A stretch of DNA of 64,000 nt from an uncultured Acidimicrobiaceae bacterium (GTDB taxonomy: Bacteria; Actinomycetota; Acidimicrobiia; Acidimicrobiales; Bog-793): positions 13,434-77,433 of the forward strand of contig CAWAVB010000002.1 in the NCBI GenBank assembly GCA_963785415.1, in the 5' to 3' direction. Under the pieces are notes generated by a model that was given only the letters and a program-made list of their open reading frames with translations, had not been told where the DNA came from and did not search any database. This document shows, piece by piece, positions 52,239 to 62,374 of the stretch (positions are counted from its first letter, which is position 1; each line of letters begins with the position of its first letter). The translations under genes and the position numbers were made by a program.

Positions 52239-53693
52239 CTACTCGCCGATGTAGTGCATGACGTGCTTGAGGCGCGTGTAGTCCTCGAAGCCGTACACCG
52301 AGAGGTCCTTGCCGTAGCCGGAGCTCTTAAACCCGCCGTGGGGCATCTCGGCGACGAGCGGGATGTGCGTGTTCACCCACACCGCGCCGAACTCGAGCGC
52401 CTTGCTCATCCTCATCGCCCGTCCGTGGTCCCGCGTCCACACAGACGAGGCGAGTCCGTAGCGGACGCCGTTCGCCCGGGCGATCGCCTCGGCCTCGTCG
52501 GCGAAGCGCTGGACAGTGATCACCGGGCCGAAGATCTCGTCCTGGACCATCTCGTCACCCTGGCGGAGCCCGTCGACGACCGTCGGCGCGAAGAGGTAGC
52601 CGCGGCCCCCCACCGGCCCCCCGCCGGCGAGCACCTCGGCGTGGCCGGGCGTGCGCTCCAAGAAGCCCGTAACCCGGGCGAGCTGGTCGGCGTTGTTGAG
52701 CGGCCCGTAGTCGGCGTCGGCGACCTCGATCCCCGCGGTCTTCGTCGACTTCGCCCGTTCGACGAGCGCGGCGACGAAGTCGTCGTGGACGCGCCCACCG
52801 GCGAGCACCCGGGTCGCGGCGGTGCAGTCCTGGCCGGCGTTGAAGTAGCCGGCGAGGGCGATCCCCGCCGCGGCGGCTTCGACATCGGCGTCGTCGAAGA
52901 CGACGACGGGGGCCTTGCCGCCGAGCTCGAGGTGGACGCGCTTCAGGTTCTGGGCCGCGGCGGTGGCGACCTCGATCCCGGCGCGCACGCTGCCGGTGAT
53001 CGAGACCATCGCCGGGGTCTCGTGGGCGACGAGCAGTCGTCCGGTGTCGCGGTCGCCGCAGACGACGTTGAAGACCCCCGGGGGCAGGTGCTCCGCCATC
53101 AGCTCGGCGAGGTAGAGCGTCGAGACGGGCGTCGTGTCCGACGGTTTCAGCACCATCGTGTTGCCCGCGGCGAGCGCCGGGGCCCACTTCCAGACGGCCA
53201 TCATCGCCGGGTAGTTCCAGGGCGTCACCGCAGCGCACACCCCGACGGGCTCGCGCCGCACGTACGACGTGTGGTTCGCCATGTACTCCCCCGCCGAGCG
53301 GCCCTCGAGGAGCCGTGCCGCGGCGGCAAAGAACCGGATCTGGTCGAGAAGCGGCGGGATCTCCTCGGAAGCCGTGAGCGCGAGCGGTTTGCCGGTGTTC
53401 TCGCCCTCGATCCGCACGAGCTCGTCGGCGTGGGCGGCGATCGTGTCGGCGATGCGCAGGAGCGCAAGGCTCCGCTCGGCCGGCGTCGCGTCCCGCCACG
53501 CCGGGAAGGCGGCGGCGGCGGCAACGAACGCCGCGTCGACGTCGGCCGCCCGCGAGAGCGGCGCCGTGGCGTAGGCCTCACCGGTCGAGGGGTTGACGAT
53601 CTCGGTCGTCTCCCCGCTTTCGGCCTCCCGGCTCTCGCCGCCGACGAAGTTCGCGAGTCGCGCTCTTGCCGGTGATCGGGTCGATGGGCTCAC
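52239..53693 (-). CDS. patD: Gamma-aminobutyraldehyde dehydrogenase
   Basis: PWNYP, LELGGKAP, FNAGQDCTAA, EIFGPV, HGGFKSSGYGKDLS; SD GGAGG. Confidence 0.88.
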   Translation of the reverse strand: MSPSTRSPARARLANFVGGESREAESGETTEIVNPSTGEAYATAPLSRAADVDAAFVAAAAAFPAWRDATPAERSLALLRIADTIAAHADELVRIEGENTGKPLALTASEEIPPLLDQIRFFAAAARLLEGRSAGEYMANHTSYVRREPVGVCAAVTPWNYPAMMAVWKWAPALAAGNTMVLKPSDTTPVSTLYLAELMAEHLPPGVFNVVCGDRDTGRLLVAHETPAMVSITGSVRAGIEVATAAAQNLKRVHLELGGKAPVVVFDDADVEAAAAGIALAGYFNAGQDCTAATRVLAGGRVHDDFVAALVERAKSTKTAGIEVADADYGPLNNADQLARVTGFLERTPGHAEVLAGGGPVGGRGYLFAPTVVDGLRQGDEMVQDEIFGPVITVQRFADEAEAIARANGVRYGLASSVWTRDHGRAMRMSKALEFGAVWVNTHIPLVAEMPHGGFKSSGYGKDLSVYGFEDYTRLKHVMHYIGE

Positions 53694-53846
53694 GGCACCT
53701 CCCCTCCTGGTCGGGAGGCGAGTGTATAACTGGCCGTCTCGCCGGTCCCGGACGGCGACGGGTGCCGGGCGGGCGCAGCTGTGGTTGGCTTTGGTCCGGG
53801 CTGGCCGACCGGCCCGCCGGGCGGTCGCGGAACGACGGGAGTGACG

Positions 53847-54959
53847 ATGGCGAAATCGGCAAGCAACCGGACCGCTCCGGAGCGCCACGCCGCCAAGTCC
53901 CGCCGGGCACTCGAGCCCGGTGACCGGGTCGCCGTCACCGGGTCGAACGGCTTCATCGGCTCGGCGATCACCCGCGCCCTCGTGGCGAAAAAACTCGACG
54001 TCGTCGCGCTCGTCGAGCCGAACACCCCGCTCGGGAACCTCGAGGCGCTGGCGGTGACGCGCGTCGAGGCGGACGTGCGCGACGCCGGGGCGATGAAGGA
54101 GGCGGTCGCGGGTGCGCGCGTCGTCTTCCACGTCGCCGCCGTCTACCGCTTCTGGGCGGCGGACCCGTCGGCTTTCTACCGCGTGAACGTCGACGGGACC
54201 CGCAACGTCCTCGAGGCGGCCGACGCCGCGGGCTGCGAGCTCGTCGTCTACACGAGCTCGGTTGGCACGCTCGGGCTCGAGCGCGTCGCCGAGCGCGGCC
54301 CCGCCGACGAGACCTGCGCGCCCCACGTCGACCACCTCTTCGGGCTCTACAAGCAGTCGAAGTACGTCGCCGAGCACGAGGTGCTGCGGGCGACGGCGCT
54401 CGGTGCGCCGGTCACGCTGGTACTGCCGACGACGCCGCTCGGACCCGGCGACCATACGCCGACGCCGACCGGCCGCTTGGTCGTCGACTACCTGAACGGC
54501 AGGTTCCCGGGCTGGTTCAACACCGCCCTCAACATCGTCGACGTCGACGACGTCGCCGCCGGGCACCTGCTCGCCGCCGACAAGGGCGAGATCGGGCGGA
54601 GCTACATCGTCGGCGGCGAGAACCTGGAGCTGCGCGCCATCCTCGACGAGCTCGCCCGGTTGACCGGGCTCCCCGGGCCGCGCTTCCGGGTCCCGCGCGC
54701 CGCGGCGCTCGGCGCCGCCTGGGCCTCTGAGCTCGTCGAGGGGAGGCTCCTCCACCGCATGCCTCACGTGCCGCTCGAGGGGGCGCGCATGGCGTCGACC
54801 CGGATGGTCTTCAGCGACGCCCGCGCCCGGCGCGAGCTCGGCTACGAGTCGCGGCCCGCCGCCGAGGCGATCGCGCGCTCGGCGCGTTGGTTCGTCGAGA
54901 ACGGCTACGTCTCCGACAAACGCGTCGCCGCGATCCGCTGGGCGGCTCCGGCCGCCTGA
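53847..54959 (+). CDS. NAD-dependent epimerase/dehydratase, HpnA/dihydroflavonol-reductase-like
   Basis: TGSNGFIGS, FHVAAVY, YKQSK, PTPTG. Confidence 0.85.
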   Translation: MAKSASNRTAPERHAAKSRRALEPGDRVAVTGSNGFIGSAITRALVAKKLDVVALVEPNTPLGNLEALAVTRVEADVRDAGAMKEAVAGARVVFHVAAVYRFWAADPSAFYRVNVDGTRNVLEAADAAGCELVVYTSSVGTLGLERVAERGPADETCAPHVDHLFGLYKQSKYVAEHEVLRATALGAPVTLVLPTTPLGPGDHTPTPTGRLVVDYLNGRFPGWFNTALNIVDVDDVAAGHLLAADKGEIGRSYIVGGENLELRAILDELARLTGLPGPRFRVPRAAALGAAWASELVEGRLLHRMPHVPLEGARMASTRMVFSDARARRELGYESRPAAEAIARSARWFVENGYVSDKRVAAIRWAAPAA

Positions 54960-54976
54960 CTACGGCGTATCGGCCC

Positions 54977-56365
54977 TTACTCGGCGGACGCGCGCGCCAC
55001 CCTCTCGACCGCGGAGGAGACCGCGGGGACGACGGCGGGGTTGAACACGGTCGGGATGATGTAGGCGGGCGAGAGCTCGTCCTCGCCGACGACCGCGGCG
55101 AGCGCCCGGCCCGCCTCGAGCTCCATCTCGTCAGTGATCTTCTTCGCGCCGACGTTCAGAAGTCCCCGGAAAAGCCCCGGGAAGACCAGCACGTTGTTGA
55201 TCTGGTTCGACTCGTCGCTGCGCCCGGTGGCAACGATCGCCGCGTGCCGCCGGGCGATCTCGGAGTCGACCTCCGGAGTCGGGTTGGCCAGCGCGAAAAC
55301 GATGGCGTCCTTGCCGAGCGTCTTCAGGTGCTTCTCGGTGACGAGGTTTGGGCCCGAGACGCCGATCAGGACGTCGGCGCCCGCGACCGCCTCGTCGATG
55401 CCGCCGACGCGGTGCTCGCGGTTGGTGTGGGTGGCGATCCAGCGCCGCGGCTCGTCGAGTCCCCTCGTGCTCTCGTCGAGGATGCCGCGGCGGTTCAGCG
55501 TGATCACATCGCCGACGCCCTCGGCAAGCAACAGCTTCGTGATGGCGACGCCCGCCGCGCCGATGCCGAGGACGACGACGCGCACCTCCTTCATCTGCTT
55601 GCCGACGACGCGGAGCGCGTTCGTCAGAGCCGCGAAGACGACGATGGCGGTGCCGTGCTGGTCGTCGTGGAAGACGGGGATGTTGAGCGACTCGCGCAGT
55701 CGTTCCTCGACCTCGAAACAGCGCGGCGCGGCGATGTCTTCGAGGTTGATCCCGCCGAAGACCGGCGCGATGCACTCGACGGTGCGAACGATTTCGTCGG
55801 TGTCCTGGGTCGCGAGGCAGATCGGCCAGGCGTCGACGTCGGCAAATCGCTTGAAGAGCAACGCCTTGCCCTCCATGACCGGGAGGGCGGCCTCCGGCCC
55901 GATGTTGCCGAGGCCGAGCACCGCGGAGCCGTCGGTCACGACGGCGACGGTGTTGCGCTTGATCGTCAGGTTGCGCACCGCGGCGGGGTCCTTGGCGATC
56001 GCCATCGAGACCCGGGCGACTCCCGGCGTGTAGGCCATCGAGAGGTCGTCCCGGGTGCGCAACGGCACCCGGGAGGCGATGGCGAGCTTGCCGCCGAGGT
56101 GGAGGAGGAGCGTCCGGTCGCTCATCGCCCGGACGTGCGCGCCCTCGACCGCTTCGACCGCGGCGGTCAGGCTTTCGGCATGCGTCTCGTTGAAGGCGTT
56201 GCACGCCAGGTCCACGACGAGCGCGTCGCCGTGGGACTCGACGACGTCGAGCGCCGTCACGAGACCGCCGGCGTCGCCGACGGTGGTCGTGATCGCGCCG
56301 ACACCACGGGGGTCGCTGAGCTCGACCCGCATCGTGATCGAGAACGAGACGCTCGGGGTATTCAT
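54977..56365 (-). CDS. NAD(P)-dependent malic enzyme with N-terminal ACT domain
   Basis: AYTPGVA, VTDGSAVLGLGNIG, VMEGKA, NLEDI, HDDQHGT, GIGAAG, NQINN. Confidence 0.93.
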   Translation of the reverse strand: MNTPSVSFSITMRVELSDPRGVGAITTTVGDAGGLVTALDVVESHGDALVVDLACNAFNETHAESLTAAVEAVEGAHVRAMSDRTLLLHLGGKLAIASRVPLRTRDDLSMAYTPGVARVSMAIAKDPAAVRNLTIKRNTVAVVTDGSAVLGLGNIGPEAALPVMEGKALLFKRFADVDAWPICLATQDTDEIVRTVECIAPVFGGINLEDIAAPRCFEVEERLRESLNIPVFHDDQHGTAIVVFAALTNALRVVGKQMKEVRVVVLGIGAAGVAITKLLLAEGVGDVITLNRRGILDESTRGLDEPRRWIATHTNREHRVGGIDEAVAGADVLIGVSGPNLVTEKHLKTLGKDAIVFALANPTPEVDSEIARRHAAIVATGRSDESNQINNVLVFPGLFRGLLNVGAKKITDEMELEAGRALAAVVGEDELSPAYIIPTVFNPAVVPAVSSAVERVARASAE

Positions 56366-56595
56366 CGCGACCGTCCCGGGTCCGTCACGCCCGCCGCCAG
56401 GGCACCGATTTGATCATCACCGGCAGTATCCGCCTGACGGCCGCGCTGATCCACGTATCTCAGGCTCATCGTCCCAGGGTAGGACCAAAAGACGCCGGGC
56501 GACCACACGACTTGCCCCACCGGAGCATCCGCCGCGAACCCGGGGCGAAGCCGCGCCGGCGCTTCGCCACCAAGCAGAATTCACGAGGCCACATC

Positions 56596-56623
56596 TTGAC
56601 TATTACGTCAGGCGATATATCCT
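56596..56623 (+). promoter_or_regulatory. SigA-type promoter TTGACT-N16-TATCCT; leaderless start at ATG 56631
   Basis: Both hexamers are visible in an AT-rich patch. Confidence 0.6.
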
Positions 56624-56630
56624 TGGCCGA

Positions 56631-56978
56631 ATGAACTCGACCCGTCTCTTCCCGAGACCCGACCCGGCGCTCCTCGTTCTCACGAGCCTCGCCGACGGGC
56701 CCAAGCACGGCTACGCCCTCATGAAGGACATCGAGGCGTTCTCGCACGTGTCGATGGGGCCGGGAACCGTCTTCGGGTGCCTGGCGCGCCTCGAGGAGCG
56801 GGGGCTCGTGCGGGCCCTTGAAGCCGAGGACCGCCGGCACCCCTACGAGTTGACGGCAACCGGGCTGGCGGTGCTGCACGAGCAGCTCGACGAGCTCGGA
56901 CGGGTGACCGCGACCTCGAGGGCCCGTCTCCGACTCGCCCGCCCGGCGCGCCCGAACGGCGGTCGGACCAATGGCTGA
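56631..56978 (+). CDS. PadR-family transcriptional regulator
   Basis: LTSLADGPKHGYAL..GPGTVFGCLARLE..YELTATG. Confidence 0.9.
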   Translation: MNSTRLFPRPDPALLVLTSLADGPKHGYALMKDIEAFSHVSMGPGTVFGCLARLEERGLVRALEAEDRRHPYELTATGLAVLHEQLDELGRVTATSRARLRLARPARPNGGRTNG

Positions 56979-58086
56979 GGCGGGCCGCACCGTACCGGGC
57001 GCCGGACGTCACGCGACCGTCCCGTTGCTCGGCCGCATCGCGGTCGCCTGCTACCCGCCGTGGTGGCGCGCCCGTTACGGCGACGGCCAGCTGGGCTTCC
57101 TCGCCGATCTGCATGCCGAGGGCCGCTCGGGCGCCCGGGCGCTCCCGAACCTGATGGCCGGGGCGGTGTGGACGAGACTTTCCGGCACCGGCATGCCGCC
57201 GACTCCGTCGGCGTGGCGGAACCGCGCTCGGACATCGGTCACGGCGTCGGCGCTCGCGGCGATGCCGCTCATGATGCTCGGTCTCTACGCGAGCCACCGC
57301 GGGGGCTACTGGTCCGGAAACGGCCGGCTCAGCACCGCGGGACGGGTCGCCGAGGACGCGGGCAACTTCGCCTTCTTCGCTCTCGCTCTCGTCCTTCTCA
57401 TGCTCGCGTTCGGGTGGCGCATCCTCATCAGCCAGGCGCACGAGCTGCGACCGGGGGCGGCGAGGCGACGATACGTCGCCGCCATGGCCACACCTTTCAT
57501 CGCCGTCGCTTCCGGATTGGGGCTGTGGTCCCTCGCCTCCCACATCAGCCCGGGCGGGGTGACCGGCGGCTCGTACAAGCTCTCGCCGACGACGCATCGG
57601 TTCTACGACGTCACCGTTGTCGTCTCGCCCGGTGACCCACGCCTCGTCACATTCCTGCACGCTGCCGCGATCGTTTGCGGCTTCGGCGGTTGGCTCGTCG
57701 CGGCCATGCTCGTCGGGCGGGTGGCCGCGCGCCGCGCGCCCGCGACGGCGCGCGCGATCCGCACTGGCGTGTGGCTCTCACGGATCGGTACCGGCGCCAC
57801 GGTGTTGCTGAGACTCGCCATCAGCGTCTACGTCGCCGCCCTCGCCCTGCAGCCCTGGCACCTCGTCGCGAACCACTCCTGTGATGACCTGCCCCGTGCG
57901 CTCTGGGCCGCGGGCTCGTGCGCCCCGTATTCGGCTCCGGCTGGTCGCGCCGTCCTCACCGGCCCGTTGGAGGGCGCCGCGCCTTTCTGGATCGTGCTCA
58001 CCCTGGCATGCGCGGCACTCGCCGTCGTGGGAACGCGGATCGCCGGCAGGTCGGCAAAGAAGGCGGCACTTCTCGACGCCACGTAG
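56971..58086 (+). CDS. Polytopic membrane protein partnered with PadR
   Basis: ACYPPWWRARYG N-terminal motif followed by multiple TMs; overlaps the padR stop codon. Confidence 0.75.
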   Translation: MAEAGRTVPGAGRHATVPLLGRIAVACYPPWWRARYGDGQLGFLADLHAEGRSGARALPNLMAGAVWTRLSGTGMPPTPSAWRNRARTSVTASALAAMPLMMLGLYASHRGGYWSGNGRLSTAGRVAEDAGNFAFFALALVLLMLAFGWRILISQAHELRPGAARRRYVAAMATPFIAVASGLGLWSLASHISPGGVTGGSYKLSPTTHRFYDVTVVVSPGDPRLVTFLHAAAIVCGFGGWLVAAMLVGRVAARRAPATARAIRTGVWLSRIGTGATVLLRLAISVYVAALALQPWHLVANHSCDDLPRALWAAGSCAPYSAPAGRAVLTGPLEGAAPFWIVLTLACAALAVVGTRIAGRSAKKAALLDAT

Positions 58087-58175
58087 GACGCCGAGATCCA
58101 TCTGGCGCGATCCTCGCCGGGGCGCACAGGATCCGAGCTCTGCTCGTCGCGCCCAAGCAGTGATTCCCGAGTCGT

Positions 58176-59798
58176 CTAGGTGTCGGAGACCGTCGGGAGG
58201 ACCTGGGTCGCCGGGGGGAGCGGTCCGTAGAGCCAGATGGAGATCGGGCTCGCCCAGCCCCGCGTGTAAATCGTCGCCGACGGGTAGAACGTCTCGAGCT
58301 CGCCGGCGAGCCGGAGGTAGGTGCGGTAGTTCCGCTGCGACATCGCTGTCCCGGTCGCCGACCCCTGGTGGCTGACGATGAGCCACAGGCGCGGACAGCT
58401 GGCCGCGACCTGTCGCAGCGCGGCATCCGGCAGCGTCGCGTATCGCTCGACGTAGGGGACGTTCTCCGAGAACGGCGTCGCCGGCAGGACCGGCCGGGGC
58501 ACGTACTGCGTGATCGACACAAAGTGGTCGAGGTAGTAAAGGAACACCATCCGGCCGTCGGACGGGTAGAAGCCGATGCAGTCGCCCGGCTCGGCGTACT
58601 GGAGGACCCGGAGCGTGACGGCGTTCCAGGGCTCGGGCGACACGCCGTAGGACGGCACGAGCTGCGCGGCACGGAACCCGACGAAGCCGGCGACGAGGCC
58701 CGCACTGGCGATCCGCCCGAAGCGGCGGTCGGCCACGACCCGGGCGAGCACGATCGCGCCAGCCGGCAGCGAGACGAGCAGGTTGCGCGCCGTGAAGGTC
58801 GGCTGGGCGACGTGGGATTCGACGAAGGACAGCACAAGCGGCACGACAAGCCAGCCGACGACGACGAGCTCGCCGCGGACCTGGGCGGTCGAGCGGTCAC
58901 GGACGAGGTGGGCGGCGAGATACCAAAGCGCGGCGGCGAAAGCGGCGACGGTCGCGACGGCGAGGAAGATCCCCGTCGCGGTGAGGTGGAAGTTCGGCTG
59001 GAAGCCCGCCGAGGAAAGCGAGACGAGGACCTGGCCGAGCGCGGCGAGGTTCGGTCGCGGCACCCAGAAGAGTTGTCCCGAACCGCGCGTGCGCGCGAGC
59101 ACGGCGAGCGGCGCGCACATCGCGGCGACGACGACGACCGCCGCGACGACGGGGCGTACCCGACGGCGCCGGCCGATGAGCGCGACGAGTTGGGCGGGGA
59201 TGACAAGGACGGCGACGAAGCTCATGTACAGAGCGAGCGTCGTCGTCGCCACGTAGAGAACGAAGGCGCGCCAGCCCCCGCGGGTGCCCTCGGGCTGGTC
59301 GACGAGGGCGCAGAACGAGAGATACGACGCGGTGACGAACGCCATCATCAGCGCGTAGCTGCGGGCGTTCTGCGACCAGTAGACCGCGGGCAGGCTCACC
59401 GCCGAGAACAACCCGGCGACGAGCGCGACCCGGCGGGAGAACCACCGTCGGGCGAGGACGGCGACGAGCGCTGTCGTCACCGCGGCTCCGATCACCGAAG
59501 GCAGGCGCAGCACGAACAGGTTGCTCCCGAACCACCCGACGAGGACGTGGACGAGCGCGTAATAGCCGAGCATGTTGCCGCCGTCGCGGGCCATCGCCGA
59601 CCCGAGTGCCGCGCCGTGCTGGGCGGTGATCGAGGCCGTCGCCGCCTCGTCGAGCCAGATGCTGCGGCCGTCGAGGTCGGCCGCCCCGAGCACCAGAGCG
59701 AGCAGTGTCGGCACGGCGACGAATGCCCAGCGGGCGAGCACGCCGGCGGGATTCCGCGAGGTCGCGCGAGCGAGCCATCGCGACCTCGGAGCCGCCAC
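58176..59798 (-). CDS. GT-C glycosyltransferase (GT39/PMT-like)
   Basis: SIWLDEAA in the first loop, YWSQNARSYAL, about 11 TMs, soluble C-terminal domain. Confidence 0.82.
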   Translation of the reverse strand: MAAPRSRWLARATSRNPAGVLARWAFVAVPTLLALVLGAADLDGRSIWLDEAATASITAQHGAALGSAMARDGGNMLGYYALVHVLVGWFGSNLFVLRLPSVIGAAVTTALVAVLARRWFSRRVALVAGLFSAVSLPAVYWSQNARSYALMMAFVTASYLSFCALVDQPEGTRGGWRAFVLYVATTTLALYMSFVAVLVIPAQLVALIGRRRRVRPVVAAVVVVAAMCAPLAVLARTRGSGQLFWVPRPNLAALGQVLVSLSSAGFQPNFHLTATGIFLAVATVAAFAAALWYLAAHLVRDRSTAQVRGELVVVGWLVVPLVLSFVESHVAQPTFTARNLLVSLPAGAIVLARVVADRRFGRIASAGLVAGFVGFRAAQLVPSYGVSPEPWNAVTLRVLQYAEPGDCIGFYPSDGRMVFLYYLDHFVSITQYVPRPVLPATPFSENVPYVERYATLPDAALRQVAASCPRLWLIVSHQGSATGTAMSQRNYRTYLRLAGELETFYPSATIYTRGWASPISIWLYGPLPPATQVLPTVSDT

Positions 59799-59803
59799 GT
59801 CGA

Positions 59804-62323
59804 TCAGCCGCGCAGTCCCGCCCCGAGTTCGGCCTCGGCGGCGCCGATGCAGCGGACGCGCGCCGTGGCGACGTCGGCGTCGGTGAGCGTGCGGTCCGGC
59901 GCGATGAAACGGATGCGGTACGTGAGGCTGCGCGACCCGGGGTCGAGCGTGGCGCCGCGGAAGACGTCGACGAGGCGGACGCTCTCGCAGTACTTCCCCG
60001 CCGCCGCCCGCAGGACGAACTCGAGTCGTGCCGCCGGGACGGACTCGTCGAGGGTGAACGACAGGTCGATGTCGCTCGAGGGGAACCGGCTGAGCGCGGG
60101 CGGGCGACCGTCCCGGCGGCGGAGCGCGAAGAGACGTTCCGTGTCGAGGACGAGCCAGCCGACCCGCCGGGCACCGAGGTCGTACGCCGCGGCGACGTCC
60201 GGGTCGACCTCGCCGACCACGCCGATCGTGCCGATCGCCTGGTCCGGCGCGGTCGCGCGCGCGACGGCCGTGCGCGTCGGCTGGCAGCCGAACGCTTCCC
60301 TGCCGGCGAGCAGCGTCCGCGACCCGGGTTCGTCCTGGGCGAGCTCGACCGCACCGGGATCGATTCCCAGCCCCTCGACGATCCGGCGCCACAGGTGGAC
60401 CGCGGCCGGCGCGCCGTCTCCGTCGCCGGCGAGCACGACGCCGAGCTGCTCGCGCTCGACGGGCAGCTCGCCGTCGTCGCTAGGCCGGCCGAACACCCGC
60501 CCGATCTCGAACAGCCGCACCGCTGCGTTGCGCGCCGCCGCGTTGTGACGAGCCGCGCCGAGCAGCCCCGGCAGCAAACTTGTGCGCAGGGCTGACTCCT
60601 CGCGCACGACCGGGTTCGTGAGGCCGACCGGCGCCGCGGGGTCGCCGAGGCGCCGCGCCGTGTCGGGGTTGACGATCGAGCTCGTCCAGGCCTCGTTGGC
60701 GCCACAACATGCCACGAGGCCCGCGAGCCGGCGACGGTCGGCCTGGTGCGCCGTCAGCAGCCCGACAGCTGGCGAGCGACGCAGGGTCGGTGGGATGCGG
60801 GCGTAGCCGTGGTGCCGGGCGACCTCCTCGATCACGTCGACCTCGCGTTCGGCGTCGGGCCGGAACGAGGGGACCTCGACGACGAGCGCGTCCTGGTCCG
60901 GCGTGGCGGCGAAACCGATCGGCGTGAGGTAGGCCACGATCGCGTCGGCCGAGATGTCGGTGCCGAGCGTCGCGTTGAGCCTTTCCGGCCGGAGCCGGAT
61001 CGTGCGCCGTGCGACCGGCCGCGGCCAGGCGTCGATTACGCCGGCCGCGACGACGGGCGACGGCGCCCCGGCGGCGGCGGCCGCGGCGACGATGAGCTCG
61101 GCGACACGATCCGCGGCGCGCACCTGGCCCTCGGGGTCGACTCCCCGCCAGAATCGCGTCGAGGCCTCGGTGCGCAGGCTCTGGCGCCGGGCGGTGCGCC
61201 CGACGGCCATCGCCGCGAAGTCGGCGGCCTCGACAAGGACCGCCGTCGTCGTGGCGGCGATCTCGCTCGACTCGCCGCCCATGATCCCGGCGATGCCGAC
61301 CGCGACGTCGTGCCCGTCGCAGATCAGGAGGTCCTCGACGGCGCGTTCAGCACCGGAACGGTGGCGCTCGAGACCGAAGACCCGTGCCTCGCCGTCGAGG
61401 GTCGTGAGTGTCTCGCCGGGCCGGGCGAAACGGACGCGCAGCCCGCGGCCCGCCAGCCGGTCGAGGTCGTAGGGATGGGTCGGCTGGCCGAGCTCGAGCA
61501 TCGCGTAATTCGAGGCGTCGACGACCGAGTGGATCGGCCGCATGCCGCTAAGGATGAGACGGCGCTGGACGTCGGGTGGCGAGGCGACGGCGGTGATCCC
61601 GGTGACCACCCGGGCGGCGAAGCGCCGGCAGGCGTCGGGCGCCTCGATGACGACGCCGGCGAGCGAGCCGACCGGCGGCCCGGTCTCCGCGACGACCGGC
61701 GCCGGGACGGCGAAGGGCAGGTGCCGACGCGCCGCGAGGTCCCGGGCGACCCCCGTCACGCAGAGACAGTCTGGCCGGTTCGGCTCGACCTCGAGGTCGA
61801 ACACGACGTCGGTGGCGAGCCCGAGGTACTCGGCGACCGGCGTGCCGAGCTCGAGACCGGCCGGCAGGGCGGCGTCGGCGGCGCCCGTCGAGGCGAGGAC
61901 GAAGAGCCCCGAGCTGTCGGCGCCGAGACCGAGCTCGGCGGCCGAGCACAACATCCCGTTCGACGTCACCCCGCGCATCTGACGCCGGGTGATCTCGACT
62001 CCCCCGGAAAGGCGCGCCCCGACCGTGGCGAACGGCACGACGTCGCCGACCACGTAGTTCCAGGCCCCGCAGACGACCTCGACCGGCCCGGGTCCGCCGG
62101 AGTCGACGACGGCGAGCCGAATGCGGTCGGCGCCGGGGATCGGCCGGATCTCCGTGACCCGGGCGACGACGACGCCGGGCAGGTCGCCGGCGACGCGCTC
62201 GACGCCCTCGACGACGAGCCCGAGCGAGTCGAGCTCGGCACCGAGCGCGGCGACGCCCGCGGCGTCCGAAGCGACGACACCCAAGGGCGTGAACTCGCTC
62301 AGCCAGGAAAGCGGGACCCGCAC
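59804..62323 (-). CDS. pheT: Phenylalanyl-tRNA synthetase beta subunit
   Basis: MRVPLSWL, VVCGAWN, SNGMLCS, EPNRPDC, LRTEASTRF, C-terminal FDX-ACB domain. Confidence 0.97.
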   Translation of the reverse strand: MRVPLSWLSEFTPLGVVASDAAGVAALGAELDSLGLVVEGVERVAGDLPGVVVARVTEIRPIPGADRIRLAVVDSGGPGPVEVVCGAWNYVVGDVVPFATVGARLSGGVEITRRQMRGVTSNGMLCSAAELGLGADSSGLFVLASTGAADAALPAGLELGTPVAEYLGLATDVVFDLEVEPNRPDCLCVTGVARDLAARRHLPFAVPAPVVAETGPPVGSLAGVVIEAPDACRRFAARVVTGITAVASPPDVQRRLILSGMRPIHSVVDASNYAMLELGQPTHPYDLDRLAGRGLRVRFARPGETLTTLDGEARVFGLERHRSGAERAVEDLLICDGHDVAVGIAGIMGGESSEIAATTTAVLVEAADFAAMAVGRTARRQSLRTEASTRFWRGVDPEGQVRAADRVAELIVAAAAAAGAPSPVVAAGVIDAWPRPVARRTIRLRPERLNATLGTDISADAIVAYLTPIGFAATPDQDALVVEVPSFRPDAEREVDVIEEVARHHGYARIPPTLRRSPAVGLLTAHQADRRRLAGLVACCGANEAWTSSIVNPDTARRLGDPAAPVGLTNPVVREESALRTSLLPGLLGAARHNAAARNAAVRLFEIGRVFGRPSDDGELPVEREQLGVVLAGDGDGAPAAVHLWRRIVEGLGIDPGAVELAQDEPGSRTLLAGREAFGCQPTRTAVARATAPDQAIGTIGVVGEVDPDVAAAYDLGARRVGWLVLDTERLFALRRRDGRPPALSRFPSSDIDLSFTLDESVPAARLEFVLRAAAGKYCESVRLVDVFRGATLDPGSRSLTYRIRFIAPDRTLTDADVATARVRCIGAAEAELGAGLRG

Positions 62324-62374
62324 ACTGCTCCTTTTGCAACCTCTTCCGCCGCAGTCACGCCGCCCGTGGCCATC

